Positions 34,138 to 35,047 of a stretch of 35,047 nt of DNA are shown in pieces (the stretch's first letter is position 1; each line of letters opens with the position of its first letter). A model generated the notes under the pieces. That model saw only the letters and a list, made by a program, of their open reading frames with translations. It had not been told where the DNA came from and did no database searches. A program made the translations under genes and the position numbers. The stretch is from a virus (Duplodnaviria > Heunggongvirae > Uroviricota > Caudoviricetes), in the IMG/VR virus record IMGVR_UViG_2534682060_000007, positions 1 through 35,047 of that record; one strand, 5' to 3'.

Positions 34138-35047
34138 CCAGATCCGGCATTTCGATATCCGCCAGAACCTGATCTCGGAAAGTTGCCATTTCGGCACCAA
34201 TATCTTCATTAGCAGGCACATAGTCCACCAGCATAGTGAAGCAGTAGGTATCCCATCGGTCAGGCGATTTGATGTTTAGCTTTTGCCGCATGTGCTCTTT
34301 GCGCATCATCGCCATTTTCCCTTCTTCATTCAGTAAAAAGGGTATTTTTGACGCTTGCTCTGCCGTTTTAGGGTCACTGTCTATCCGCATACGCCCTGAC
34401 TTTATGGCATCTCGCGCCATAATATTTGCGTAGGCACGCTGATTAACAAATCGCTCCCTGTCTTTGTTCGCAAACATGGGTTTTCCCCACCGAATACGTA
34501 CCGGGTTCGCACCACGACGCACCAACTGCGCACACGTATCAGAACCAAAACCATCAGCATCAACCGCGATTGTTATATTCGGGTATTTTTCCGGCGTACA
34601 TTCGTTATATATGAAGTCAGCAAAGGCCAATGGGTCCATAGTGCCAGGCATCTCCATTACCTTAAAGTTAACAACGCGCCGCTTATCCCTGTGACCAGAT
34701 ACCTTGCAGATGTTGAGGACCGACTTATCTCGCCCATTACCAACGTCAGCCGTTGCCACCCATCCCCAGTTTTTCTCCAACAACACCTTGCGGCGAGCAG
34801 CGCGATCGCATTCATCACGACCAAGCAAATAGCCGTTAATTTCTCGTGGGAACTGACCAAGCACCTTGACCATGTACTCAATAGAATCGCGCCCGCCATA
34901 TTCCAGAAGCTTCTGCTTGATGAATTGTGGTGTGACGAACGGTGATTCTTCCGAGTTAAGAACAATTGCTGTCCAGATCCCTTTCGGGTTGTCTGGGGTT
35001 TTTGCTTGAGAATGGTGCGAATCGTAGAAATAACCACTTGGCCTTGT
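34130..35047 (-). CDS. terminase large subunit, C-terminal nuclease region (N-terminus beyond right edge)
   Basis: Frame open to the window edge; C-terminal IAVDADGFGSD and SPDRWD acidic motifs consistent with a terminase RNaseH-like nuclease domain. Confidence 0.5.
   Translation of the reverse strand, partial: TRPSGYFYDSHHSQAKTPDNPKGIWTAIVLNSEESPFVTPQFIKQKLLEYGGRDSIEYMVKVLGQFPREINGYLLGRDECDRAARRKVLLEKNWGWVATADVGNGRDKSVLNICKVSGHRDKRRVVNFKVMEMPGTMDPLAFADFIYNECTPEKYPNITIAVDADGFGSDTCAQLVRRGANPVRIRWGKPMFANKDRERFVNQRAYANIMARDAIKSGRMRIDSDPKTAEQASKIPFLLNEEGKMAMMRKEHMRQKLNIKSPDRWDTYCFTMLVDYVPANEDIGAEMATFRDQVLADIEMPDLDI

Noticed and set aside
34130-35047. Apparent truncation or frameshift of the terminase large subunit (ORF table starts it at 34873)
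   Set aside because: Manual translation shows the reading frame stays open from 34873 to the right edge of the window; the ORF table just starts at the first Met. The gene is cut by the window, not frameshifted.
1-35047. CRISPR arrays, IS elements/transposases, rRNA or tRNA genes
   Set aside because: No regularly spaced direct repeats, no transposase-like ORF with terminal inverted repeats, and no rRNA/tRNA-like sequence were found on reading the window.

Overview
This window is the 3' end of a chromosomal glnS gene followed directly by about 34.6 kb of phage-derived, highly mosaic DNA. No integrase or recognisable att site lies at the glnS junction. All protein identifications are from reading the ORF translations (motifs and recalled family resemblance), not from database searches. 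Left to right: (1) a leftward operon of orphan Dam methylase, a small putative C5-methylase-like protein and an RdgC homologue, preceded by a translationally coupled four-gene operon whose last gene encodes a baseplate-spike-like protein; (2) a low-GC island with a HigB/HigA toxin-antitoxin pair, a second toxin-less HigA-family gene and a very AT-rich membrane/coiled-coil protein; (3) a leftward block with a SWIM-zinc-finger protein, two secreted proteins, and an antirepressor module preceded by a small coupled ORF and a highly structured leader (P1 immI-like layout); (4) a 12 kb rightward operon of about 25 small early-type genes (DUF4406-like, paralogous coiled-coil proteins, lambda-type Ser/Thr phosphatase, ASCH-like proteins, PAPS-reductase-like protein); (5) a LexA box in front of a P1-like humD-phd-doc module; (6) a leftward operon with dUTPase, a DUF2829 (Tad2-like) fusion protein and a Cre-like tyrosine recombinase; (7) a loxP-like 13-8-13 palindrome, a 345-aa unknown gene and the 3' part of a terminase large subunit running off the right edge. 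The most striking system-level signal is an asymmetric motif, core TGTTAGAAAA(C/T), recurring in at least six promoter regions. Together with the Cre/lox-like module this suggests a P1-style immunity circuit with dispersed operators. No rRNA, tRNA, CRISPR array or IS element was seen.
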